From an uncultured bacterium (GTDB lineage: Bacteria > CAYUVA01): a stretch of 64,000 nucleotides of DNA. Location: positions 62,001 to 126,000 of the forward strand of contig CAYUVA010000003.1 in assembly GCA_964448115.1 (NCBI GenBank), in the 5' to 3' direction. This document shows, in pieces, positions 41,663-51,700 of the stretch. Both the position numbers and the translations under genes were made by a program. The notes beneath the pieces were generated by a model. It saw only the letters and a list, made by a program, of their open reading frames with translations, searched no databases and was not told where the DNA came from. Each line of letters begins with the position of its first letter. The first letter of the stretch is position 1.

Positions 41663-43402
41663 ATGGGCGACAATGGCAAACTTCCAGCCATTGATAAGCT
41701 GATCGCACAAGGCAGCAAGAAGGGCTATCTTACCTATCAAGAGATAGACAAGATCCTTCCTAAAAATGTCAACTCTGATATCACGATAGACGATGTATTG
41801 ATCAGATTAGCCAACAATGGATTCGATCTTATCGATGCGGCTCATGAGGCAGCCTATCGGAGGAAGCAGAAGCTAAAGGGTGATGAGGATGCAGATAAAT
41901 CCCTGGCTAGCACCAAAAAAGGTACCGATCCGCTTCGCGCCTACTTCAAAGAGATGGGCACGGTTCCACTTCTCTCCCGTGATGGTGAGATCGAGATCGC
42001 CAAGAGGATCGAGGAAGGAAAGAGGGCAGCCTTCCACGCATTGCTCAATACACCTATGGCGCTTCGTGAGATCGTGATGCTTAAAAATAAGCTGGTAGCT
42101 GGCAAGATCTTGATTACAGATGTGGTTACAAGCATCCCGGAGGATGATGAATTCGATGCAGCAGCTAAGGCTAAGGAGCTTATTGAGATTGGAGAAGCGG
42201 TTGAGAAACTACTGCTCGATATAACCGGCGCCATGGAGGCAAAAGCAAGAGATGATATCTCATCAGATGAAATCGAGCAGCTCGACAAGTTCATCGAGGA
42301 AAAGAAGAATACAGCAGCTCAGAAGTTGATGGAGCTAAACCTGGGATCGATCATCTGCGATAAGCTCTCAATGAAGATCTCCACGCAATGGTCAAGGGCT
42401 AAATCCGCAAAGAACGAGCTAGCCGAGATAGAGCAGAGAACCGGCATGTGCATCGCCAAGATATTGCACCTCTGCGAGAAGTATCAGGATATCAGACCAG
42501 AAGATATGGCGAGCATATCATCGAGTGGAACTTTTGGGGTAAACATAGACCTGCCTGAACTAAAACGCAGCATCAAAAACGCGAAAAAGAAGCTCAAAAG
42601 GATAGAACAGGAGGTCGGCTGTAGTTGTGAAGAACTTGAGCAGATCGTTCGCAATATGCAAGAGGGTATTGAAAGTGCCGAGCAAGCCAAGGCTGAACTT
42701 ACCGAAGCTAATCTAAGGCTTGTTGTCTCTATTGCCAAGAAGTACACCAACAGAGGATTGCAGCTTTCTGACCTCATCCAAGAGGGCAATATCGGACTGA
42801 TGCGGGCAGTGGAGAAATTCGAGTACCGCCGGGGATACAAGTTCTCAACCTATGCTACCTGGTGGATCAGACAAGCTATTACCAGAGCTATCGCAGACCA
42901 GGGAAGAACCATACGCATCCCGGTACACATGATCGAGACCATAAACAAGATGATCAAAAGCTCAAGGCACCTGGTGCAGGAAATGGGGAGAGAGCCTACC
43001 TGCGAGGAGATCGCAGAGAAGATGTGCATGCCAGTGGAGAAGGTGCGCATGGTATTCAAGATGAGCCAGGAGCCTATATCGCTGGAAACACCCATCGGCG
43101 AAGAAGAAGACAGCCAGCTCGGCGATTTCATCGAGGACAAATCGGTAACCTCTCCAACCGATGAGGTGATATATATCAACCTTAAAGACCAGATGGACTC
43201 TGTGCTATCTACCCTGACTCCCCGAGAGGAACAGGTGCTCCGTATGCGCTTCGGTATCGGTTCAGGGTATCAACACACCCTGGAGGAAGTCGGCGCACAC
43301 TTCCATGTTACCAGGGAGCGTATCCGCCAGATCGAGGCAAAGGCGCTGAAAAAATTGCGACATCCTACCAGAAGAGACAAGCTAAAGAATTTCTATAGCT
43401 GA
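41663..43402 (+). CDS. rpoD: RNA polymerase primary sigma factor
   Basis: Region 1.1 (KGYLTY), [44 protein letters not shown]. Confidence 0.97.
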   Translation: MGDNGKLPAIDKLIAQGSKKGYLTYQEIDKILPKNVNSDITIDDVLIRLANNGFDLIDAAHEAAYRRKQKLKGDEDADKSLASTKKGTDPLRAYFKEMGTVPLLSRDGEIEIAKRIEEGKRAAFHALLNTPMALREIVMLKNKLVAGKILITDVVTSIPEDDEFDAAAKAKELIEIGEAVEKLLLDITGAMEAKARDDISSDEIEQLDKFIEEKKNTAAQKLMELNLGSIICDKLSMKISTQWSRAKSAKNELAEIEQRTGMCIAKILHLCEKYQDIRPEDMASISSSGTFGVNIDLPELKRSIKNAKKKLKRIEQEVGCSCEELEQIVRNMQEGIESAEQAKAELTEANLRLVVSIAKKYTNRGLQLSDLIQEGNIGLMRAVEKFEYRRGYKFSTYATWWIRQAITRAIADQGRTIRIPVHMIETINKMIKSSRHLVQEMGREPTCEEIAEKMCMPVEKVRMVFKMSQEPISLETPIGEEEDSQLGDFIEDKSVTSPTDEVIYINLKDQMDSVLSTLTPREEQVLRMRFGIGSGYQHTLEEVGAHFHVTRERIRQIEAKALKKLRHPTRRDKLKNFYS

Positions 43403-43590
43403 TTCAACAGCTTCAATATAAAAAGGGATAAAGCAATTACTCGGACATCAATCTCGGTACTTGAGATCTACGGGATTATATGGCTGCTCACGATACTTTC
43501 CTAATTATAAAGATAATCTGTCACTTTTTAAGGGAATATTGCTAAAATATAAATATTTTTTTAGAAAAATGAAACTATCTTCTATTTTTT

Positions 43591-44778
43591 CTAGTCCTCA
43601 TCATCGAGGATATCATCGAGATCGTCTGCTGAAAGCTCCTCGAGGTCATCTTCAGTTGAGTCGCCCTTACCGCTTTTTTTCTTTGCTCTTGAGCCACTAG
43701 GATTATTGCTTGCGGCGGCGGGTTGAGGGTTGCTCTTCTTCGATTCCTCTGGGGTTATGACACACTCGATCTCAAGCTTAAGATGAATGCCGATATCCTT
43801 AAGCGATTCATCCTTTCGTACCAAGATGGGGATCACGACCTTATGCTGAACCTCTTTGATATAAGCCGGTTTGCCTGCTGCCTTGGCTAATGGGATATCA
43901 ACCTTAGCTTTTGCTGCTGGTTTCTCTGCTTCAGTTTCCTCCAACTCCTCATCGAGGTCGATCTCTTCCTCATAATCCTCTGCTTGTTGTTTTTCAGCCT
44001 CCGATTCTTCCCCATCAAATTCGCTCAGGTCGATATCGTCTATATCGAAATCGTCTTCTTTTAGTTCCTCTCCCTCTTGTTCAGCGAACTCAGACGCTAT
44101 TCTGTCAAGCTCCTCATCGCTTATATCCTCATCGACAGCGAACTCGACATCCTCTTCCTCAACCTCTTCTTCCTCTTCTTCCTCGATCTCTCCGGTTTTT
44201 TTCTTAAGCGCGATAAGGGTTAGCTTAGAGATCTCCTTCAATGTCTCCAGGACACCCACGCCTTTAGTAGCTATCGCCTCGAAGTATGGAACATTCGATT
44301 GGTTAATATGATCATTAAGTTCTTCCACGGGCAGGATATTGGGCAGGTCTCTTTTATTGTACTGTATCACCCAAGGAAGCTCATCAAGGGACATATTAAG
44401 CTCAGCCAGGTTCTCCTGTAGATTCTCTAGGCTTTCGATATTCGCATCGAGCATCGCCTCCTGGCTATCGGCGACAAATACAATGGCATCAGCGCCCTTT
44501 AAAACCAGCTTCCTAGTTGAATTGTAGAACACCTGTCCAGGAACGGTGTACAACTGAAATCTGGTCTTGAATCCACCTATATTGCCCAGGTGGATAGGAA
44601 GCAGATCGAAGAAAAGCGTTCTGTCGGTCTCAGTGGCAAGAGAAACCAGTTCCCCTCTCGTGGAGGGATTCATGACTCTATGTATCTGCTGGAGATTCGT
44701 GGTCTTGCCACATAAGCCAGGACCGTAGTAAACGATCTTGGCGTTCATTTCCATGGTGGCATAGTTGAAAAAAACCAT
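43591..44778 (-). CDS. mglA: MglA-family small GTPase with ~200 aa acidic C-terminal extension
   Basis: KIVYYGPGLCGKTTNL, TETDRTLFFD, LYTVPGQVFY, QYNKRDL, followed by an E/D-rich tract. Confidence 0.88.
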   Translation of the reverse strand: MVFFNYATMEMNAKIVYYGPGLCGKTTNLQQIHRVMNPSTRGELVSLATETDRTLFFDLLPIHLGNIGGFKTRFQLYTVPGQVFYNSTRKLVLKGADAIVFVADSQEAMLDANIESLENLQENLAELNMSLDELPWVIQYNKRDLPNILPVEELNDHINQSNVPYFEAIATKGVGVLETLKEISKLTLIALKKKTGEIEEEEEEEVEEEDVEFAVDEDISDEELDRIASEFAEQEGEELKEDDFDIDDIDLSEFDGEESEAEKQQAEDYEEEIDLDEELEETEAEKPAAKAKVDIPLAKAAGKPAYIKEVQHKVVIPILVRKDESLKDIGIHLKLEIECVITPEESKKSNPQPAAASNNPSGSRAKKKSGKGDSTEDDLEELSADDLDDILDDED

Positions 44779-44882
44779 TACTTTCCCTTACCTTGCTAGG
44801 ATCACTTTGTCCATAAAACTACACCGCAGTTTTTATTATTATCATCGATTGGACTACAAGTCAATAGCATATTTTACTCTTT

Positions 44883-45326
44883 CTAGCCACCATTGCGCTC
44901 GTCTTTCTCCCGGCTGGTTTCTTTGGAGCTTGGCTGTTTGTCACCTGGTTGCTTTTCTGCTGTCTCTTGTTGCTCGATATTATCTTTGTTTCTATTATCA
45001 GTCGGCTCTTTTGAGGGGCGCTTTGCCTGCTCGGAGTCCACCTTCAGCTCGTTTATATATGTTAATCTGAGGTTTGTCAGATTCCCTTTTAACAGTTTTT
45101 CCTCCTCATCGGATAGATTGCCCTTGGTCTTAGTCTCAAGCATCTCCATCATATCAATGGTGTATCTTGCTCTATCGAGGTCTCGAACTATCTCTTGGCT
45201 TTCGGGATGCTTAAGCTTGCCCAAGCTTATCATGGCAGAATAGTATAGGTCGAGCACCAGGGTAACAAACAAGCCGGACTGAATATCGCTTTGCTGTTTT
45301 TGTTCATCCATGTTCATCTCTCCCAA
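44883..45326 (-). CDS. DUF1844 family protein
   Basis: AMISLG...P......DL..AR.TID.MEML..KTKGNL...E..LL...L..LRL.Y pattern. Confidence 0.85.
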   Translation of the reverse strand: MGEMNMDEQKQQSDIQSGLFVTLVLDLYYSAMISLGKLKHPESQEIVRDLDRARYTIDMMEMLETKTKGNLSDEEEKLLKGNLTNLRLTYINELKVDSEQAKRPSKEPTDNRNKDNIEQQETAEKQPGDKQPSSKETSREKDERNGG

Positions 45327-45528
45327 TACTCATTCTCTGTTCGATACCATCTTATTATCACCTGAAAATTAGTAATAGTCAAACTGGAGTTAATGCTCGA
45401 TGAATAATTATCCCTCTTTGCTTAATATGCTTGGATAAATAGGTAATAGGATATATAATATTTTTGACTGGATGTGTAAGGTCCTTTGTTAAAAAGGATC
45501 ATCTATCATCTTTCTGGAAGCAATAGCA

Positions 45529-47334
45529 ATGAAAAAGCAAGGGATGGCTGAAAGATTCAAGTTCAAGCCGACTGAGAAACCAAGGGAATCGAAAGGTCAG
45601 CTCAGCGAGGCTAACCTCAAAGCCGGCATCAAGATGATTATGGTCTTGCGCGTTGTAATCACAATTACCCTTTTGTTCGGTTTAGTGCTTTTCATTCATA
45701 TCAATCCGACCTACCAGATCTCGTTTTTCCCTTTTTACATATTTCTTATAATCTTTTCCCTGACCTTGTTATATGGACTACTATTGGATTTCCGGGTCAA
45801 TCTGGTTGTGGTTGCTATAATTCAACTAATCATCGATACTGTTTTAATAACTATTCTTGTCTATGCTACTGGTGGTTTAGAGAGCATTTGTTCGATATTG
45901 TATATAATAATCATCATCGAAGCCAGCTTTTTGTTAGGTCCCAGAAGCGCTTATGGTTTTGCCAGCCTTAGTTTTATAGGCTTCGGATTTATCATCGATA
46001 CTCAACACTTGGGGATACTGAACCCACCGGTAATCTTCGATTTCGCAGCCAGGGAATCCACCTGGTATAATGTCGCCTATAAGCTAATGACTAATTTCGT
46101 CGCTTTTTACGCCAGCGCATACCTGAGTAATTATATAGCTCGAAGATTCAGATCTACCTGGATTGAGCTTGAGGAGAAGAAAAAAACCTACGAAAAGCTG
46201 CAATCCTTCAATCAAGAGATCTTGAACAACATAAACAGCGGCATCATTACTATAGACTCTAACGGCAAAGTAATTTATGCGAATCCCACAGCAATTAAGC
46301 TGTTAAATATCGATATGTTTGATTCCGAGGATCTCTTCATTGAGCAAATATTCAAGGATAAAAGCGATCAGATAAACGAACAGATCCGCAAAGCAGTGCA
46401 CGACCAGGGCTTCTATGAAAACTGGTTCAAGCTCGATAATGATACGAGCAAATATTTAAGCTTCTTGTTTTCACCCTTCCCTAGCCAGGTCATCGATGAA
46501 GCCAAGGTCTTGTGTATCTTCAATGATTTCACCCGTCTCAAGGAGCTTCAGGAACAAATGCACAAGCGGGAGCAGCTAGCCGCCATCGGAGAGATGGGTG
46601 CTGGGATCGCTCATGAGATTAGAAATCCTCTCGGCTCCATCACCGGCTCCATAGAGGTTCTCGCCTCGGAGCTTAACTTGAACGAGCTTAATAAGCGGCT
46701 CATGGATATAGTACTTAGAGAATCCAAGCGGCTTAACAACCTGGTGGAGGCATTCTTGCGCTTTGCCAGGCCGGCACCGCTTACATTTATCGATATAAAT
46801 CTATGCACCATCCTAAGAGAGATCAAAGAGCTGATACTCAACGATAAAAGCTATCCACAAAACGTGGAGATAGTTCTCGATTTCGGGGACAAGGAGACAT
46901 ATATCTGGGCTGATTCAGAGCAGATCAGACAAGTCTTTTGGAACCTATGCACAAATGCTATGGATGCGATGCCAAACGGTGGGAAACTGACCATCGTTCT
47001 CAGATCCTTCAAGGATGTTCAACCAATAAACGAAGTCAATGGTGTCCGATTCGAGAAACCAGCGTTCAATGGCGATCTTGTTGCGATTGCCTTCATTGAT
47101 ACAGGTTCAGGAATCGAGGCAGACCGGATACCAAAGGTATTCCTGCCTTTTCATAGCCAAAGAAGCGGTGGACTGGGATTGGGACTTGCCATTGCTAATC
47201 GGATAGTAAACCAGCATGGTGGAGAGATCCGCGTCAATTCGCAACCCGGAAAGGGAAGCGTATTCACCGTCTATCTACCAAAGAGACTCTATGCCTCAGT
47301 GGCAAAGGAGTATAAGAATAGTTACTCGAAATAA
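45529..47334 (+). CDS. Two-component sensor histidine kinase, PilS-like (TM, PAS, HisKA, HATPase)
   Basis: LVYATGG..S membrane domain, AHEIRNPL, QVFWNLCTNA, DTGSGI, GLGLGLAI. Confidence 0.88.
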   Translation: MKKQGMAERFKFKPTEKPRESKGQLSEANLKAGIKMIMVLRVVITITLLFGLVLFIHINPTYQISFFPFYIFLIIFSLTLLYGLLLDFRVNLVVVAIIQLIIDTVLITILVYATGGLESICSILYIIIIIEASFLLGPRSAYGFASLSFIGFGFIIDTQHLGILNPPVIFDFAARESTWYNVAYKLMTNFVAFYASAYLSNYIARRFRSTWIELEEKKKTYEKLQSFNQEILNNINSGIITIDSNGKVIYANPTAIKLLNIDMFDSEDLFIEQIFKDKSDQINEQIRKAVHDQGFYENWFKLDNDTSKYLSFLFSPFPSQVIDEAKVLCIFNDFTRLKELQEQMHKREQLAAIGEMGAGIAHEIRNPLGSITGSIEVLASELNLNELNKRLMDIVLRESKRLNNLVEAFLRFARPAPLTFIDINLCTILREIKELILNDKSYPQNVEIVLDFGDKETYIWADSEQIRQVFWNLCTNAMDAMPNGGKLTIVLRSFKDVQPINEVNGVRFEKPAFNGDLVAIAFIDTGSGIEADRIPKVFLPFHSQRSGGLGLGLAIANRIVNQHGGEIRVNSQPGKGSVFTVYLPKRLYASVAKEYKNSYSK

Positions 47335-47361
47335 TAAAAACTGATGAAAGGGCATCTTGAC

Positions 47362-47592
47362 ATGAGAAAGCTAGTTGTATTTTTTCTTTTATTCATTTGG
47401 GCATTGCATCTTGGCGCCTGCGTTCAAGTCAATCCACTGCAGAGGGGATCGCTGGCTGATCCGATCATGAGCCCGGATAGCCCGGAGGGTATTTTCTACG
47501 GTATTGACGGCTCGCTATTCCTTTTATTTGAGGACAGCGATCTCTATATCGAGGAGACCATTTCTGGAGGGGGGTGTCCTTTCTGTGGATAA
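47362..47592 (+). CDS. DUF4266-like small lipoprotein
   Basis: Lipobox LGA-C; V.P.QRG.LADPIM; C-terminus SGGGCPFCG. Confidence 0.65.
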   Translation: MRKLVVFFLLFIWALHLGACVQVNPLQRGSLADPIMSPDSPEGIFYGIDGSLFLLFEDSDLYIEETISGGGCPFCG

Positions 47593-47593
47593 A

Positions 47594-48631
47594 ATGAAAA
47601 CTCTCATCAGAATAATTCTTGTCTTCATTATTATGTTCCCCATACCCTGTATGGCTATAGGTGAGCACTTGCAGGTCTATTATGGCTGGTTCAAGGATAC
47701 TGACCGCGATGAGCTGCAGGCAACTTTTATTTCCTTCTTAGGGAATATTGGTCTCCTTGGAACCTATCGGTTCTCCTACAGTTATAACGACTACCTGGAG
47801 CGCTTCTCCAAGGGCGCATTCGAGGGATTTACCTCCAGTCATATCAATAACTTCTCGGTGGCTCTCGATTACCCGATCGTGAGATACTTAAAACTACAAG
47901 GCAGTTTTTATAGGCTGGAATCGAACGACTATGGGGCTAATACTTACTCTCTTGGAGTTACCCTGGAGCTTAATAATAAAAATACTGGCTTGACGCTCAA
48001 GTACACGCGCATGGACACAAATCTTTACACGACATTCGACAGGATACCAGGCAGAAGATTGGGAGATGTATTGGATAGGGACTGGCTCTTTGCACAGGGA
48101 TTAACCTTTGGTTATATGCAGGTTCTTTCTACGAGGTTTTTCTTCAATATCTCCTTCACTGGCGCAACTCAGACCGATCAACCGGATGCTTATGCTGCTG
48201 CCCTGCAACTCCGCAAGTACTTCGATACTCGCACAGCAATCCACCTGGATTATCGCTACTTCAACAACATGGAGGACTACTTTGAGATGGGCACGCAAAG
48301 ATATAAATTCGAGGTGGATTCAAACGCATTGGACCTGAAGGTACTGCAATACTTAGGAGATTATACCATGCTCACCGCACGCTATCGGTTATACGAGGAA
48401 AATAAGGTCGAGGGCGCGCAGACCGTAACCGGGCTGAAAAAGGGAGGGGACTCCCAGATGTACGGGGTTAAGGTAAGCAGAGACATCATACCTGGGCTGC
48501 TCGAGCACCTGTTTTCACAAAGCGGAGCCTTTGATAAGATAAATCTTCATCTCAAGTATGACCATTATTTTAATGAGCAAGGATTTTGCTGCGATTCTTA
48601 CCTGCTCGGATTCGACTTTTCTTTTCTGTAG
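47594..48631 (+). CDS. Outer-membrane beta-barrel, DUF3570-like
   Basis: ATG 1 nt after the DUF4266-like stop; signal peptide; ESNDY, LNNKNT, LDYRYF, RYRLY strands; terminal GFDFSFL. Confidence 0.55.
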   Translation: MKTLIRIILVFIIMFPIPCMAIGEHLQVYYGWFKDTDRDELQATFISFLGNIGLLGTYRFSYSYNDYLERFSKGAFEGFTSSHINNFSVALDYPIVRYLKLQGSFYRLESNDYGANTYSLGVTLELNNKNTGLTLKYTRMDTNLYTTFDRIPGRRLGDVLDRDWLFAQGLTFGYMQVLSTRFFFNISFTGATQTDQPDAYAAALQLRKYFDTRTAIHLDYRYFNNMEDYFEMGTQRYKFEVDSNALDLKVLQYLGDYTMLTARYRLYEENKVEGAQTVTGLKKGGDSQMYGVKVSRDIIPGLLEHLFSQSGAFDKINLHLKYDHYFNEQGFCCDSYLLGFDFSFL

Positions 48632-48661
48632 ATATATGGAGCTTATATCAACCAAGCTGCT

Positions 48662-49195
48662 ATGTTCCACCTGAGCAATATAAAGTATTCCATTGTCGCC
48701 TTAATTACCCTGGCATTTCTTGCGATCTCTTGTCTAAGCCCCAATAATAAAGGAAAGCCTAATGACAAGTTTTATGGCTTTAAGATACTCCAACACGAGA
48801 CCCCTAGAGTCTGTGTAGCCGGCACCTCTAACCTAATACCAGTGTTAATACAAAATACCGGCAGCGCCACCTGGAATGGTTACGGTTCTGTACAGTTCAG
48901 CTACCATGTCTATGATAAGCAGTCGAGGCAATACCTGTGGGACGGACCGAGAACCCCTATACTACATCCAGTCAAACCGGGTGAGATCTGTTACCTGGAT
49001 GCAAAACTTGAAACGCCGATCACACCCGGGGAATACATTATCGAGTATGACCTGGTGCTGGAGCCGCTCAGTTGGTTCAAGATGCATGGCAACCAAACCC
49101 TAGAAGTGTCTATAAAAGTGATCAAGCTAGTAGATAAACAACCAGAAAAACTGGCGCCGATCGATGATCTACCTCGCTCGGAGGAGAGGGAATGA
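48662..49195 (+). CDS. Lipoprotein with NBR1-like Ig domain
   Basis: LAIS-C lipobox-like; NTGSATW, SYH, VKPGE, TPGEY..EYDLV.E..SWF. Confidence 0.65.
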   Translation: MFHLSNIKYSIVALITLAFLAISCLSPNNKGKPNDKFYGFKILQHETPRVCVAGTSNLIPVLIQNTGSATWNGYGSVQFSYHVYDKQSRQYLWDGPRTPILHPVKPGEICYLDAKLETPITPGEYIIEYDLVLEPLSWFKMHGNQTLEVSIKVIKLVDKQPEKLAPIDDLPRSEERE

Positions 49196-50502
49196 ACCCG
49201 ACCTTCAAGCCGCCTCGCATCATCGGTGTCAAGCCAACATCAGAGGCAAGCAGGCTTGGTATCAAGAAGAATTATCGGCTCTCTGCGGTTAACGAGCGCG
49301 AGGTTACCGATCAACTCGATTTTCGCTTTCATGCCTGCGAGGGTATCTACTCGATTACAGTAGTTGAGACAAGCGGTGAGCAAATCAAATATTATCTGGA
49401 TGGTATAGAGCCCGATGAGCTGGGCATCGAGTTAGAGCCACTTAAGCCAATGAGATGTAAAAATAAGTGCATCTTTTGTTTCTGTGACCAGAATCACCCC
49501 AAGGCGAGAAAATCTCTAAGGTTCAAAGACGAGGACTATAGGTATTCTTTTTTAGAGGGCAATTTCGTTACCCTATCCCATATAACCGATGCGCAGCTAG
49601 ACAAAATCATCGAGCATAGACTTTCACCATTATATATTTCGGTACATGCTATTGATAAAGCATTAAGAGATATGATGCTCGGAATCCCTTCTCCCAGAGA
49701 CATCAAGGAGGTAATCGATCTGTTAGCCAGCGGGAATATCAAGATGCATACCCAGATCGTCCTCTGCCCGGGTATAAACGACGGACAGCATCTCGTTGAG
49801 ACTATAGAGTGGTTAGCCCAGAGATTCCCGCAGGTACGCTCCATCGGCATCGTTCCTGTGGGGCTTACAAGGTTCCGAGATCCCAAGAGCCATATCAAGC
49901 CTGTAACGCCACTGTATGCGAAAATGCTGGTAAATGATATTCGATCCTTGCAGGATAGCTTTTCAGCATCTCTCCAAAATCCGCTTGTTTTTCTATCCGA
50001 CGAGTGGTACCTGCAAAGCGGTATCGAGTTACCACCTGATGAGCATTATCATGACTACCCGCAGCTCGAAAACGGGATCGGCATGGTGAGATCCTTTATC
50101 GAGGACTGGAAGAAAGCATTGCCTGTGGCTTTAAGAAAAGCCAGTACAAGGTTGGCAAAATATATACTGGTAACTGGGGATCTATTCTACCCGATATTGA
50201 GGGATCTGATCTCAGGAATGGCTGGTAATGCCAAGCAGATGATCGAGGTTTTGCCAGTGAAGAATCGCTATCTTGGTGAGTCGGTAACCGTTGCTGGACT
50301 GCTCGCCGGTCAGGACATTGCCGATGCGCTATCTTCCTGCGACTATGAAGGCATAGCCTTAATTCCCCCCGACGCATACAACTTGCAACTAAACGCCTTC
50401 ATTGATGATATGTCCCTCAGAGAGCTAGGCTCCCTCATTGGCAGAAAGGTCAAGGTTGCATCTGAAGAACCATCTGATCTGCTTTCAGAGATTGTAGGCT
50501 AA
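49192..50502 (+). CDS. DUF512 radical-SAM-like Fe-S protein with N-terminal PDZ-like domain
   Basis: CKNKCIFCFCDQ, KDEDYRYSFL.GN, QIVLCPGINDG, YPQLENGIG, VTVAGLLAG.D. Confidence 0.9.
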   Translation: MNPTFKPPRIIGVKPTSEASRLGIKKNYRLSAVNEREVTDQLDFRFHACEGIYSITVVETSGEQIKYYLDGIEPDELGIELEPLKPMRCKNKCIFCFCDQNHPKARKSLRFKDEDYRYSFLEGNFVTLSHITDAQLDKIIEHRLSPLYISVHAIDKALRDMMLGIPSPRDIKEVIDLLASGNIKMHTQIVLCPGINDGQHLVETIEWLAQRFPQVRSIGIVPVGLTRFRDPKSHIKPVTPLYAKMLVNDIRSLQDSFSASLQNPLVFLSDEWYLQSGIELPPDEHYHDYPQLENGIGMVRSFIEDWKKALPVALRKASTRLAKYILVTGDLFYPILRDLISGMAGNAKQMIEVLPVKNRYLGESVTVAGLLAGQDIADALSSCDYEGIALIPPDAYNLQLNAFIDDMSLRELGSLIGRKVKVASEEPSDLLSEIVG

Positions 50503-51692
50503 AACTTCAGCCCCGCGCTTATGGAAAGCCTCTGCTGGGAGACTATCTCGCCGAACTGTACTGCGATATCAACGGTGAGTCCACTGATGTTAATCCCCAT
50601 GCCTGTCGAGTAGATGGGATCTGATGCCTGCGCCACATTCTGATAGAAGCCGAACCTGACCGTAAGGTACTCTCCGAGCGATTTCTCAACTCCAACTGAA
50701 AGCTGTCGATCTGTCGCCCCTATTATCCTGGAGCGATTCTTGCGAATATCGTAGTCAATTGCCAGCATAAATCCAGGCGCAGGGCTTAATACATAGCCTA
50801 ACCTCACTTGGGGACGCAGATAGAGATCTCCCCTACCTGAATACATGAAATCTGGCTGGTTTATATTCTTCCAGACTGCGCCCAGTCGTCCACCGCCAAA
50901 GGGTGCTATGATGCCAAAATCAACCCCATAAGTGTTTGTATATCGCCGGTTCTTCTTAAGCGCATCTCGGTAAGCCTCGTCGGCATTCTGGTAGTCGTAG
51001 TCCCATAAATAAACCTCATCATAGTAGGTCATGGCAGCAATATTTTTTATGCTTACACCCCATAGCACTCCCACCCCGGCATTGGAGAAGCTCAAGCCAT
51101 ACTCGGTAACCGAGTACCCGCTCATGGCCAGCTTGCTGTTGTTGCCAGCTATGCTGTTAGGATCCTCCATCGGATTGGTCGGATTCAAGCGAGTGCTATC
51201 GATATTTGGATAAAACAACGCGTAGTCATACCGTAACACCGACATGGAGAAACCGGTAGTAGCCACCATCAAGCCGAAGTGCCCGCTGCCATAGATATGG
51301 CTGTGATCACCAGGTAGTTCCAGGATGTTCTTGGCTAAGGTCTCTGCAGAGGATGGATCGCTCCAGGCATCCATTGGATCCACTGCCAGGGTTTCCTTTA
51401 GTTTATCCTCGAAGTTATTGTAATCATAACTACAGTATCCATAGGGTGTCTTGATGCTCCAGGAGTTCTTCTTGAACAAACCGGTACCTGCTGGATTGTA
51501 ATAGTACGACAAGGCATCATCCGCAATGGCGACATAGGCTCCCCCCATCGCGATGCTGCGGGGGCTTATGTGTATAAAACGGTTGGCAAACGCGCTTGTA
51601 GGTGAGTAAAGGAAACTCAAGGTCAGCAGAATAACAATCAGCCAAGATAACCACCAACGCTTGACACTAAAGATTCGCTCAAGATTTTCCAT
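50499..51692 (-). CDS. TraF/PorV/FadL-like outer-membrane beta-barrel
   Basis: Signal peptide ...SAFA; SPRSIAMGGAYVAIADDALSYYYNPAG; KNINQP, PQVRLG, LSVGVE, VRFG; terminal AGLKF. Track start 51707. Confidence 0.75.
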   Translation of the reverse strand: MENLERIFSVKRWWLSWLIVILLTLSFLYSPTSAFANRFIHISPRSIAMGGAYVAIADDALSYYYNPAGTGLFKKNSWSIKTPYGYCSYDYNNFEDKLKETLAVDPMDAWSDPSSAETLAKNILELPGDHSHIYGSGHFGLMVATTGFSMSVLRYDYALFYPNIDSTRLNPTNPMEDPNSIAGNNSKLAMSGYSVTEYGLSFSNAGVGVLWGVSIKNIAAMTYYDEVYLWDYDYQNADEAYRDALKKNRRYTNTYGVDFGIIAPFGGGRLGAVWKNINQPDFMYSGRGDLYLRPQVRLGYVLSPAPGFMLAIDYDIRKNRSRIIGATDRQLSVGVEKSLGEYLTVRFGFYQNVAQASDPIYSTGMGINISGLTVDIAVQFGEIVSQQRLSISAGLKF

Positions 51693-51700
51693 CGCGGTTA

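Noticed and set aside
47570-47592. Selenocysteine read-through in the DUF4266-like peptide
   Set aside because: Both Cys codons are TGT and the stop is TAA.
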